A stretch of DNA of 64,000 nucleotides from Lingula anatina (lineage: Eukaryota; Animalia; Brachiopoda): NCBI GenBank assembly GCA_051362555.1, contig CM120641.1:16678001-16742000 (forward strand), read 5' to 3'. The notes under the pieces are model-generated. The model made no database searches, was not told the DNA's origin, and saw only the letters and a program-made list of their open reading frames with translations. A program made the translations under genes and the position numbers. Below are positions 52,290 through 64,000 of the stretch, piece by piece (the stretch's first letter is position 1; the number at the start of each line of letters is the position of its first letter).

Positions 52290-55200
52290 TCAGTTTTGAA
52301 GAGTAGATTTCTTTTTAAAATTCCCAAGAAGGCTGTTGAAGATGTGATACCAACGGAGATCTTAAGCAGTGAACAAGTGCCCTTTGTTACTGGACTGGAT
52401 GAACACAAGTGTCCAGTTGTGTCCAGTTCTAGTGACAGTGAAGGGCTTGTCTTAGATGAGGATGGGGATGTTGTTGTGTCCAGGCATAAAGACATAGAAG
52501 AAGAGCAAGATGTCATATACATAGGTATACAGTTTGGATCAGCAGAATGCTTTCCTGTGTGTAATGCATGACATATAGGCGTTGACTTGCATTATGAATC
52601 TATGTGAATAAAATGCTGAGTAATTATTGTACTTTGTACTCAATGATCATTTACTCAGACAATGTATCAGAAATGTTATATGCAATTTTAAAGATCAAGA
52701 TCAGTTTTGTTCTAAGGAGTGAATAACATAGTTTATGTTCCATTCCAGAGCATGCAATGGCCACAAAACTGTCTGATGTGGGATTACAGGTAAGTGTTGC
52801 TTATTGATGAGGTATAGTTCTACTCATATCATGTTTTACAAAATGAATTCATTCATCTAGAAATGTTGCTTGTTGGAAGTCTTAGATTTATGAGAAGAAT
52901 GAGCCTTGTTGCTTTTGCAATGTTTTGTTGATATCTTAAATAGATTTTCTAACAATAGAAATTAAGATCATACTTTTTCTTCAAAAGTTTATTCAGCTAC
53001 ACATGAATGTAATGTGCATTATGTCAGCTTGTTGTTTACCAGTATTTTCAGCTTATTCTACTTCAGTCACTGATCTCATCTTTTGACAAATGGTTTGATT
53101 TAAAACGAGAAAAAATAAAGCTCAACAGTCAAGACAAAAAAGCTTATTATTCAACCTACACTCAATCCATCTTCCCTTACAGGTATGGAGAGGAGCTTTA
53201 TTGCTGTGTGATTTCATACTGTCCCAGAGGTCAGAGTTCATTGACAAAGTTGTACTGGAGCTTGGGTCTGGGGCAGGTCTAGCCAGCATACTGCTGAGCT
53301 CGGTGGCACAGACTGTATATGCAACAGGTAGATGTATAGAGCTTTTCAGACTGCTGATTGCCCTTGGTTTATGTAGTGTAAAGCAACCTGTAAATTGGTT
53401 GGTTCAATAGCAAAATTTTTATGTTGCACGGTCTGATTTTGAACAGTAGTTTCAGGCCTGCTAACTAACAAAAAGTGCCAATGTATCCTCAGTTATGCGT
53501 ACTACAAGATAAAAGTCATATATTCAAATAAAATAAGATTTTTGAAGTTTTGTGGATGGGTGGGTGGGGGTAGTCAAGATTTCATGCGGGGAATCATATG
53601 TTTATCATGAAATTTTGACTCCAGGAGTCAGATTTTCATGGGAGTCAGATTTTCATGTAACAATGCAAGTTGTCAATCTGGACACTTGATGTCTCTTACA
53701 GATACTGGTGATGAAGTCTTAGCACTGTGTAAGAAGAATTGTGAACTTAACAAAAATATATCATGTCACCAGAATGCAATCAATGTCAGAGAACTGGACT
53801 GGTTTGAGGACAATTTCTGTCAAGGTGTGTTTATGAATTGTACTTATAGCAGACAGTTAAACAGAAAATTTTATAAATTTTTTAGTACAACTGACAACTG
53901 TAGAACACATCTGTAATGAATGAGGCATTATTGGAGGTAACATTCAATTACATCATGTTTTGTATTCTCTTTTTGAAAATCTTTTATGGATTGTTATTTT
54001 TTTTTTATTTTATTACTACATCGTTTTTTTTTTTCAGTTTATAAATTGGCTGAGAGTTTTTGTTTCCCCTAGATAATGTGTTACTCTATAGTGTATCACA
54101 GGTGATGTGAATCCAAAGTCATTGTGTATTTGTTCACCAGTATTAACAAACGTGTAGTGTAAAAAAATTATTTGGCTTTACTAGAAAGTATATTGCAGTG
54201 CCCAAGGACACAGTCACTTAAGACGTTTTCAATTTCGCAACCGCTGGTTGTGCTAGGAGTCTTAGAGACCATTCCCACAGATATTTGGATCGATCTATCT
54301 TCCTGGGGAGTCTCACTAAATTGCTATCAAACTAACTGGCTTAAACGTCTGTCACGCCTAGTAAACTGTTAGGGAGTAATTATCTTTACCCCTAGCTGAT
54401 TCGTTAGGCGTGACAGACATTTAAGCCTCTTGAGCTGATAGCAATTTAGCTTGAGCCCCCAGGGAGTTAGGTCCATCCAGATGGATCGATCTAAGTATGG
54501 GAACCCAGTCTTACACCTCTACTCACCCTGTTACCACCAAGAACTTGTTTGCCAATGTGCAATGAAGGAGCCATTTCTTATGTTTTCAGATCCTAAGAAT
54601 CCATTTCATTGGTTAGCTGAAGACATTTGCAGATTGAAGGGGAATATAATTCTAGTGGCAGCAGATGGTAAGTGGTCCTCCTGTGGGTGGGTAACCCTGT
54701 ATTATCTACAGCACAAGACAGTACACAGGCATGAGATTTTTCCGTCTTTTGGCGGAATTCCGACTTTTTTCCTTCAAAAATGTCATTTTTTATATCATTG
54801 CAAATCCGTTGAGAAAATTTCAGGGGGGGGGGGGGGTAGGGGTACCCTTCCCTTCCCCGGCGAGACCCTTCACTCATCGGCACTCGCATGTTTTCAATTT
54901 TGACCTTGCCGAAAAACGTTACCAACCGTACATATATATCGATTCTGGGACGCACTGTTATCAAGGGGGAAACTTTTGCGACATCTATACGACATTTATA
55001 CAGTCATTGAATGCAATTACCGTAAAACGGCCTGTATCCTGTTCATATAGCGCTGCGCGGTTTTCTCCATGTGGTATCGTGTGTCGCTTTTGCGTTTTGG
55101 AAAATGAAGCTACTTGAGGCCGGTGTAAACGACGATAGAGTCAGAGAAATCGATAAAGGGATTAAGAATAAATTCAGATACGTTGTTTTACTAGATCGGT

Positions 55201-56682
55201 TGTGTGTATGTCGTATGAAGACATTGAACTTGCATCTGAAAATTTTCATGTTTTGAGTTGTCGACTTGTCGCTCGTTTAAAATTGTGCCCAACTGTTGAA
55301 TCACTAAATCTACTGATCGTCTGATGTGATGACGGTGTTGTCACTAGTAATAGTATAAACGATAGTTGTACTAGATCTATGACATGGTTTAAACGTACAT
55401 CAACAGAATTAAATGCTGAATTAGAGATCAGTAACGTTCTCACTCAGTCACTGGTGTGTGTGTGTGTGTCACTGAGTGTGTGTGTGTGTGTGTGTTACTG
55501 TATTATAGTGTATACTGTCAATCAAACTATTCCTACATGTATAGGCCTAGCCTACGTGTGCGTTAAGATTTTTCTTCGAAAAATCTTTCAGACTTTTTTA
55601 TCAAAACCAAATCTCATGCCTGAGTACACTAATACAAGAATGCATGTTAGGTAGGCATTTTCTGCAGCTGTCTGACCAAATACTTCCTTCTTCATTGCAG
55701 AATAAAATTTTGACATAGTTTTTTTTAATCTTTTTGTTTGGAATCCTCATGTTAAACCTACAAGGCTTTGCCAACTGCTTTAATTTATTAGTTTATTTAA
55801 TTTTTTCAATCTCATTTGGTTCTATATTATATTGTAATAGGCCATATTGCTTAAAACCATTTCTAGGTTTTAATTTCAGTGATCTATGATGAGGATCTGA
55901 CAGAATCTTTCTTCAGGAGAGTGCACAGAATAATGAGTGTGCCACCCAGGAAGAAGATGTATATTTCATTAGAAAAAAGGTAAAGATATACAGCAACATG
56001 ACAGTGATAACTATAAGTAGTTTAAGCTATGATGTATTCATGAGAAATGGTAATGAAATATGGCAAACAACTTATTGCTGACATGGTGTACAAGTATGTT
56101 CTTTTGATCACTGACTCTTATAATGAATATTATTGATCTACAGATTAAGTAACTGATCATTGCTTACGTAGTTTCGTATTTTTTACTTTTTAGACTCAAT
56201 TTCACCCTGTCAGATCTGGATGTGGCTTGTCCTGCATATGATCACTTTCAGCAGTGCCTCTCGGAGCTGACAGTGTTCAGAGAAGACAATGGTGTGACGT
56301 ACACAGTGGAACAAGTGCCCTCAACCTTTCCACAGTATTTCAAATATGACAGGACAAAATATTTGGTACATCCAGCTTGACACTAAATCATTCTACATGT
56401 TAGTTATAGTTATTATAAGGTGAAATGTTTGGTAAATATGGTTTGACACTTAATCATAATAGTTTAATAGTGAAAGGTGAAATATTTGGTAAATATGGTT
56501 GGAAATTTATGGAATGTTAGGGTGGTAAAACGGTTTTTGGATGGTTCTTGTTTTTCAAGGCAATGGGATTAAATTTGTTTGACATAAACATTTTTATTGT
56601 TAAAAAATATCTATTATGTGTATTGAGCCAATTTTTTTTAAAATAGGAACTATGGCTAATTACCTCCAGTTTTGAAAAATGA
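51264..56682 (+). CDS. METTL22: Methyltransferase-like protein 22 (seven-beta-strand protein lysine methyltransferase), 9 exons, 335 aa
   Basis: Exons 51264-51345, 52294-52524, 52749-52789, 53183-53327, 53702-53824, 54590-54667, 55880-55979, 56194-56365, 56647-56682 (1008 nt in frame). Motifs VLSDVHL, LDEDGDVVV, EHAMATKLSDVGLQVWRGALLLCDFI, VLELGSGAGL, VRELDW, AADVIYDEDLT, LEKRLNFTL, FPQYFKYDR..LELW. Confidence 0.92.
54283..54495. mobile_element. Palindromic MITE-like repeat in a METTL22 intron (related to 22556-22720)
   Basis: GATCGATCTATCTTCCTGGGG ... CCCCAGGGAGTTAGGTCC..GATCGATCTAA with internal inverted repeats (TGTCACGCCTA / TAGGCGTGACA). Confidence 0.6.
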
Positions 56683-57210
56683 ATGGATTGCTAAAGAAAC
56701 GAAGGTGGCAGCACAGGAACAAGTAAATCAGGTATGTTGTTCATTCCAAGAAAATGTGACAAGATATTTTCTCCACCTCTGAGCTTTTTTATGGCAATAC
56801 ATCAAGGGGATATGTTTGTATATCTCCTTGATTATATCTTATTTTTTAAATGAATAACATGCCATTTTAATCACTTACACTGAGTTTTTAGTGAAAATGC
56901 TTATTTTAACTAATGAAACAAAAATGTTCTGAATAAAATCAAATATATTTGTGAAATTATTAATTGGTATTGGTTTGCAGAAAGACTCGAACTTTTCAAT
57001 TGTGAATTTTACAGATTTCTATTTTTAAGTCAAAAATTCTTTCAATTAAAATATTCCTGTTGAGTAGTAGCAACAAAATTGAAAAGCAAGCTCTATTACA
57101 CAGCTAAAGCATTCAAATGCTATACCTAATTTATATATTTAAAAAATTGACAATTCTTCCCCATTAAAAAATTGAGTCACTGCTGTACTTAAGAATTATA
57201 GCAGTGAAAT

Positions 57211-57380
57211 CAGGCCCGTAGCCAGGGGGGGGGTTCGGGGGGTTCGAAAGAACCGCCCCTTTTGCTGGAAAAAGGTCCACTCTGGGTAAAATTTTATCTA
57301 GGTACATGAAGATTTTATGGGAAAAGGTCCACTTTTTCAAAAAAAGAACCCCCCTTTTGAAATTGCTGGCTACGGGCCTG
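57211..57380 (+). mobile_element. MITE with 15-bp TIR CAGGCCCGTAGCCAG and 5-bp GAAAT flanking direct repeat (copy 2)
   Basis: GAAAT|CAGGCCCGTAGCCAG ... CTGGCTACGGGCCTG|GAAAT. Confidence 0.8.
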
Positions 57381-59138
57381 GAAATACTTCATTGTTGGGT
57401 GGTCAACAAGCAGACCACAAGCTTGAAACAAGTGATGACAAACTTGAGCTTGCAAATAAACAAATGATCATAGTCACCTTTACCACATACTACTGTAGTA
57501 AACTTTTCACCTTTATTATAATTTAGGAAATTTAGTAATGACAATGTTTCATGTTCTTTGCATTTATTTAGGATCACTGATTGTGGTAGGAAGTTACTGT
57601 GGAGCCCAGACTTTGGGAGAATTTCGGCATCAGAATCGTTGAATTTCAAGAAAAACCTGTTGGTTGGTGGTATTTATTATTATTAATTTTTTATTATTAA
57701 AGTGGTGGTAATTTTTTTACTCTGACCAAATACAATATGTTAAGCCATTCTTGAGAAAATGATTCTGAAATAAGTATAACGCATGTACCTCTGTAATGAA
57801 GCAATAAATCTTTAACTTAGGATGTCAACATATTTCTGGAATCAGTACCAGGAATGGTAGTATGTAAAATATAAAGTTTTTTTTCTTTCAGGTAACCATC
57901 AGGACACCACTGGTACAACGTAACTTCTCAGTGACCTGGATATAGCAGTAAAATAGACTTATCATGCAATTTATCAAAGAAACCTGAAAAAAAATGGACC
58001 AAAAATCTTCAAGCAAGACTTGTATACACAAATATAAACTGGTCACTATTGTGGTTCATATATACTGTCACACAGTTAGACAACCGTGGCAAGAAAGCCA
58101 AAGAGTAATGTTTAAACAAGATAAAATGCATGATTAAATATGTTATAAAGGTCAACATACAGCAAAAGGCCCTTTTCATTTATATAAAATACCCATTTTG
58201 ATATAAGTGCAATAAAGATGTAGACCAAAACCTCCTGCACAGAGGATGGAGAAGCGTTTACATCCACTTTTGCTTTGTAAATTAGAGCGAGATAGTGATC
58301 GGTCTTCGGTTCTGTACCTAAGACAACGTCATAAAAAAAGGCATGGTTGATGACTGGGGTTTGAACTATAATCTGGTGACATCGTTTTTACGTTATTATG
58401 CTAAAGAGATAAAACCCCATTCCATTACACAAACGCATTATTTAGCCTCTTTTAAGTTAAAACTGATAAAATCATAAAAAGTCTTTTGCGAAGATTTCTT
58501 GGCAACGGATTATATGTTTTGTTTTGACACTCTAATTAAGACATGCATGCCAAAATATGGACCAAATAATGGCAGTGAAGTTTTAGAATTTTGAAGAATG
58601 CCAAACTTAAATTTTTACCTTTCATAATCTTTTCTAAGAGAAATGTTTATTATATTAGAAGAGTAATATTGATTATATTCATGAAAAATGAGTTTAATTG
58701 AATTTTCTCATATGAGTTAAGCCTTTTCATTGCAAAAAATGTCCTTTACAGAAAAATCATTTAGCTTTTGTATTCGTTCCCTGAAAAAGATATTTCTGCT
58801 GTTATGATGCATTTTGTACGCAGAATGCACAGCTTTGTCAATAGCTTTCACAGTGTAAACAATAAAAATCTGTTATAGATACCCTTTTCATCATCAAGTG
58901 TATTAAACCCTATGGTGACTATTAATGGCAAATGGTTACCAAGTCGAGTGGAAGATTAGAGGCAAGGTAGCACTACTTATTAAGTGAACGGGTCCACATC
59001 GGATTGCAGACGTCACAGTTATTGAATCACGTGTTGTAGTGACTGCAGTGGCACTCTAGGTTGAAGGTTTTTGTAAATACAGTTGTTTTGTATACAAGTA
59101 TATAGACAGACTCTTCTCACTACAGTTGAAACCTTTTA

Positions 59139-62100
59139 TTTTTGCACCGCTTCAGTATACACAGATGGGGTTTTTTTAGTAGAATGGGATGCGACACAAC
59201 AGCAATGGGCAATCAGAATATATCCACATTTGGTTTGCTTCGGGCGAAGCGTGCACTTGCTTACCTTTTTATGTACAGACACAGATGTGTCTGTACATAT
59301 AGCCATCATCTGCGTCTGTCGTCGCCGTCGCCGTCGTTGCCGTCGTTGCCGTCATCGCCGTGCACTTTTACCGATAACACGATAAGTGCAAACCTGTTTT
59401 TTCTTTTGGCTTGAAACTTACAGAACTGATGAATATTCATAATACGCAGGTCAAGTTCGAAAATCAGCATGATCGGGTCACTTTTAGGGAATTTATGCTG
59501 TTTTTATGTACAGACACAGATGTGTCTGTACATATAGCCATCATCTGCGTCTGTCGTCGCCGTCGCCGTCGTCGCCGTCGCCGTCGTCGCCGTCGCCGTC
59601 GCCGTGCACTTTTACCGATAACACGATAAGTGGAAAACCATTTTACCTTTTGACTTGAAACTTGCAGAACTGATGAATATTCATAATACGCAGGTCAAGT
59701 TCGAAAATCAGCATGATCGGGTCACTTTTAGGGAATTTATGCTGTTTTTTATGTACAGACACAGATGTGTCTGTACATATTGCCATCACCTGCGTCTGTC
59801 GTCGCCGTCGTCGCCGTCGCCGATGCCGATGCCGGCGCCGTGCACTTTCCTTGTTAACACGATAAGTGGAGGGCAGTTTTACTTTTTGGCTTTATATTTA
59901 CATAGCTGATGAATATTCATAAAACGCAGGTCAAGTTCGAAAATCAGCATGATCGGGCCATTATTGTAGAAGTTATGCTGTTTTTTCACTTTTCAGCATA
60001 TATGCAACCCTGTTAACACATTTTAAGGAAAACCGATAGGCCTGTTGTCATGAAACTCACAGGAGTAATCAATCTTACTAAAACGCAGGTCAAGTTCGAA
60101 AATCGGCATGATCAGGCCACTATTTTAGTAGTTATGCTGTTTTTTTTCACTTTTCAGCATATGTGCAACACTGTTAACACATTTCAAGGAAAACCAATAG
60201 ACCTGTTGTCATGAAACTCACAGGAGTAATCAATCTTACTAAAACGCAGGTCAAGTTCGAAAATCAGCATAATCGGGCCATTATTTTATAAGTTATGCTG
60301 TTTTTTCACATTTCCTCAGATTCAATTCTTAGGCATGTTAACAGTCTCATTATTTAACTAATAAGATACGTAAAAGTGTTTGTTTGACATTTCCTGCATC
60401 TTTACAACATTGTTAGTTGATTATGTAAAAATGATGGTAAACTTGTTATCGTGTATTGTGTAATAAAGTTTCAAAAATGGAAATAAACTCATATCATTGC
60501 AGTTTGTCAGATTCAATCATTCACTGTGTTCAGAATCTCGGAATGGAAGAAATTGGACATTTAACACTGCTCTATTGATATTTTTCCCATCTCATCAATT
60601 TTCTTAGTTGATCATATAAAAATGGCAGTAAACTGTTTATTTAATTTTATGTTAAAATTGTTAAAAATGAAAAAAAAAATCATTTCAGAACAGTGCTGTC
60701 TTGTTTACATTTTGGCATTTTCAAGTTGTGACTTTCAAGTTGTGACTTTGAAGTTCTATGGGCCTGAAGACCTTTGCTAGTCACATTATCTGAATATCCA
60801 TGATACTAATATTTTAGTATTAAAAATTGATGGTCATTATGCTGTTAAACATTATGTAATATTGCATCAAAATGTGAAAAAAACCTATTTTGGGCACTGC
60901 TCCCATGATGACCATTTAAGAAAAACCATGTCACGTACTGTGTCAAACTTACAAGAAAGAAACATGGGACTAAAATACAGCTTCAGTAGGCAATGCAGTC
61001 TGTTTGGTAATTCTTTCTGCCATTTAAACAGTTTTATTTTTGTGAAGTTCCACAGGCTTGAAGACCCATGCTAATCACATTTTCTGAAAATCCATGATAC
61101 ATATATTTTATTATTAAAATTGATTGTCATTATGCTGTTAACCATTTTGTAATATTGCATCAGAATAGAAGAAAACACAACTTTGGGTGCTGCTGCCATG
61201 ATGACCATTATGGGAAAACCATGTTACTTATGATTGCCAAACTTTCAAAAAAGAAATACAGGACTAAAATGCAGCCTGAGTTGGAAAAGCAGTCTAATTG
61301 ACTTCTTTTTCTGGAAGTTATACATTTTCAAAGTGTGAACTTGAACTCCCATGGGCCTGAAGCCTTATGCTTTTACACATTTTACTTACATTGGCATTAC
61401 CTGTTGAGCATAATTGAAATTTGATGTTGAATTTGCAGTTTAACATAATGTACTTTTGCATCAGAATTGATAGTAGCCTATTTTGCTATTTCCTGCTTTT
61501 TGTCTGTACATTTGACAGCTTTGCTGCCTTGTTCACTTTTTTCAGCATATATGCAGCACCGATAACACGATAAGTGGAAAACCATTTTACCTTTTGACTT
61601 GAAACTTGCAGAACTGATGAATATTCATAATACGCAGGTCAAGTTCGAAAATCAGCATGATCGGGTTACTTTTAGGGAATTTATGCTGTTTTTTCACTTT
61701 TTTCAGCATGTATGCAGCACCGATAACACGATAAGTGGAAAACCATTTTACCTTTTGACTTGAAACTTATAGAACTGATGAATATTCATAATACGCAGGT
61801 CAAGTTCGAAAATCAGCATGATCGGGTCACTTTTAGGGAATTTATGCTGTTTTTTCACTTTTTTCAGCATATATGCAGCACCGTTAACACGATAAGTGGA
61901 AAACCATTTTACCTTTTGACTTGAAACTTACAGAACTGATGAATATTCATAATACGCAGTTCAAGTTTGTAAATTGGCCTGATCGGGTCACTTTTAGGTA
62001 ATTTATGCTGTTTTTTCACTATTTTCAATATAAATGCAACACTGATAACACAATATAAGAAAAACGGATTGGCCAATTGTTATTATACTCACAGGAGTGG

Positions 62101-64000
62101 TCAATCTTACTAAAACGCAGATTGAGTTCGAAAATAAGCATAATCGGGCCATTACTTAAGAAATTATACTGTTTTTTCACATTTCCTCAGATTCAATTAT
62201 TAGGCATGTTAACAGTCTCATTATTTAACTAATAAGATGCCTAAAAGTGTTTGTTTGATATTTCCTGCATCTTTACAACATTGTTAGTTGATTATGTAAA
62301 AAACATGGTAAACTTGTTATCATGTATTGTGTAATAAAGTGTCAAAAATGGAAATAAACTCATATCATTGCAGTTTGTCAGATTCAATCATCCACTATGT
62401 TCAGAATCTCAGAATGGAGGAAATTGGACATTTAACACTGTTCTATTGATACTTTTCCCATCTCATCAATTTTCTTAGTTGGACATATAAAAATGGCAGT
62501 AAAATGTTTATTTTGTTTTATGTTAAAAAAGTGTTAAAAATGGAAATAAACCCATTTCAGAACAGTGCTGTCTTGTTTCAGCATATATGCAGCACCGATA
62601 ACACGATAAGTGGAAAACCATTTTACCTTTTCCCTTGAAACTTACAAAACTGATGAATATTCATAATACGCAGGTCAAGTTCGAAAATCAGCATGATTGG
62701 GTCATTTTTAGGGAAGTTATGCTGTTTTTCACTTTTTATGTACAGACACAGATGTGTCTGTACATATAGCCATCATCTGCGTCTGTCGTCGCCGTCGCTG
62801 TCGCCGTCGTCGCCGTCGCCGTGCACTTTTACCGATAACACGATAAGTGGAAAACTGTTTTTTCTTTTGGCTTGAAACTTACAGAACTGATTAATATTCG
62901 TAATACGCAGGTCAAGTTCGAAAATCAGCATGATCGGGTCACTTATAGGGAATTTATGGTGTTTTTTCACTTTTTTCAGCATATATGCAGCACCGATAAC
63001 ACGATAAGTGGAAAACCATGTTACCTTTTGGCTTGAAACTTACAGAACTGATAAATATTCATAATACGCAGGTCAAGTTCAAAAATCAGCATGATTCGAT
63101 TATTGTTAGGGAATTTATGCTGTTTTTTCACTTCTTTCAGCATATATGCAGCACTGATAACACAATAAGTGGAAAACCATGTTACCTTTTGGCTTGAAAC
63201 TTACAAAACTGATGAATATTCATAATACACAGGTCAAGTTCGAAAATCAGCATGATTGGGTCATTTTTAGGGAATTTATGCAGTTTTTTCACTTTTTCCA
63301 GCATATATGCACCACCGATAACACGATAAGTGGAAAACCATTTTACCTTTTCCCTTGAAACTTACAAAACTGATGAATATTCATAATACGCAGGTCAAGT
63401 TCGAAAATCAGCATGATCGGGTCATTTTTAGGGAATTTATGCTGTTTTTTCACTTTTTCAGCATATATGCAACCCCGATAACACCATAAGTGGAAAACTA
63501 ATTTACCTTTTGGCTTGAAAATTGCAGAACTGATAAATATTCATAATACGCAAGTCAAGTTCAAAAATCAGCATGATTCGATTATTGTTAGGGAATTTAT
63601 GCTGTTTTTTCACTTCTTTCAGCATATATGCAGCACTGATAACACAATAAGTGGAAAACCATGTTACCTTTTGGCTTGAAACTTACAAAACTGATGAATA
63701 TTCATAATACACAGGTCAAGTTCGAAAATCAGCATGATTGGGTCATTTTTAGGGAATTTATGCAGTTTTTTCACTTTTTTCAGCATATATGCAGCACCGA
63801 TAACACCATAAGTGGAAAACCAATTTACCTTTTGGCTTGAAAATTGCAGAACTGATAAATATTCATAATACGCAAGTCAAGTTCAAAAATCAGCATGATT
63901 CGATTATTGTTAGGGAATTTATGCTGTTTTTTCACTTCTTTCAGCATATATGCAGCACTGATAGCACAATAAGTGGAAAACTGTTTTTTCATTTGGCTTG
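59139..64000 (+). mobile_element. Cluster of nested Helentron-associated (HINE/DINE-1-like) elements carrying a ~120-bp tandem satellite
   Basis: Head modules TTTTT-ATGTACAGACACAGATGTGTCTGTACAT-(GTCGCC)n at 59271, 59506, 59751 and 62738; ~120-bp repeats (GATAACACGATAAGTGGAAAACC...GCAGGTCAAGTTCGAAAATCAGCATGATCGGGTCA...); 3' end TGTCTGTACAT + CAGC-TTT-GCTG hairpin + CTTGTT at 61501-61533. The array runs off the window end. Confidence 0.75.

Noticed and set aside
59083-59909. Arg- and Ser/Pro-rich ORFs (protamine-like RRRRRR)
   Set aside because: Translations of the (GTCGCC)n microsatellite inside the HINE-like element.
61540-64000. Regular repeats resembling a CRISPR array
   Set aside because: Eukaryotic context; whole ~120-bp units repeat without unique spacers and no cas genes are present.

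Overview
AT-rich, intron-containing genomic DNA of a eukaryote, most likely a marine invertebrate animal (inferred from gene content and repeat types). Recognisable genes: an intronless PDIK1L/STK35-like kinase with HRD changed to HRN (9873-10802, +); two tandem 5-exon sigma-class glutathione S-transferases (16516-21090 and 23933-26209, -); multi-exon PDXDC1 (29392-42643, -) head-to-head with a single-coding-exon MFSD6-family transporter (44009-46261, +); a GT31 beta-1,3-galactosyltransferase-like ORF lacking the DxD motif (48659-49786, +); and a 9-exon METTL22 (51264-56682, +). The window also holds many MITEs, a LINE remnant, and nested Helentron/DINE-1-like (HINE) elements carrying a ~120-bp satellite (59139-64000). 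Main discovery: four short ORF-track fragments on the minus strand at 1250-2712, plus a 19-nt first coding exon at 4845-4863, splice through canonical sites into one 237-aa secreted protein. It has a signal peptide, a short pro-region ending in a furin site (RQRR), and a ~183-aa mature part with four amphipathic helices. Its exon phases, TATA/C-EBP/kappaB promoter and AU-rich 3' UTR resemble an IL-6/LIF/Unpaired-type long-chain four-helix cytokine. All gene models were built by hand and need RNA-seq and homology confirmation.
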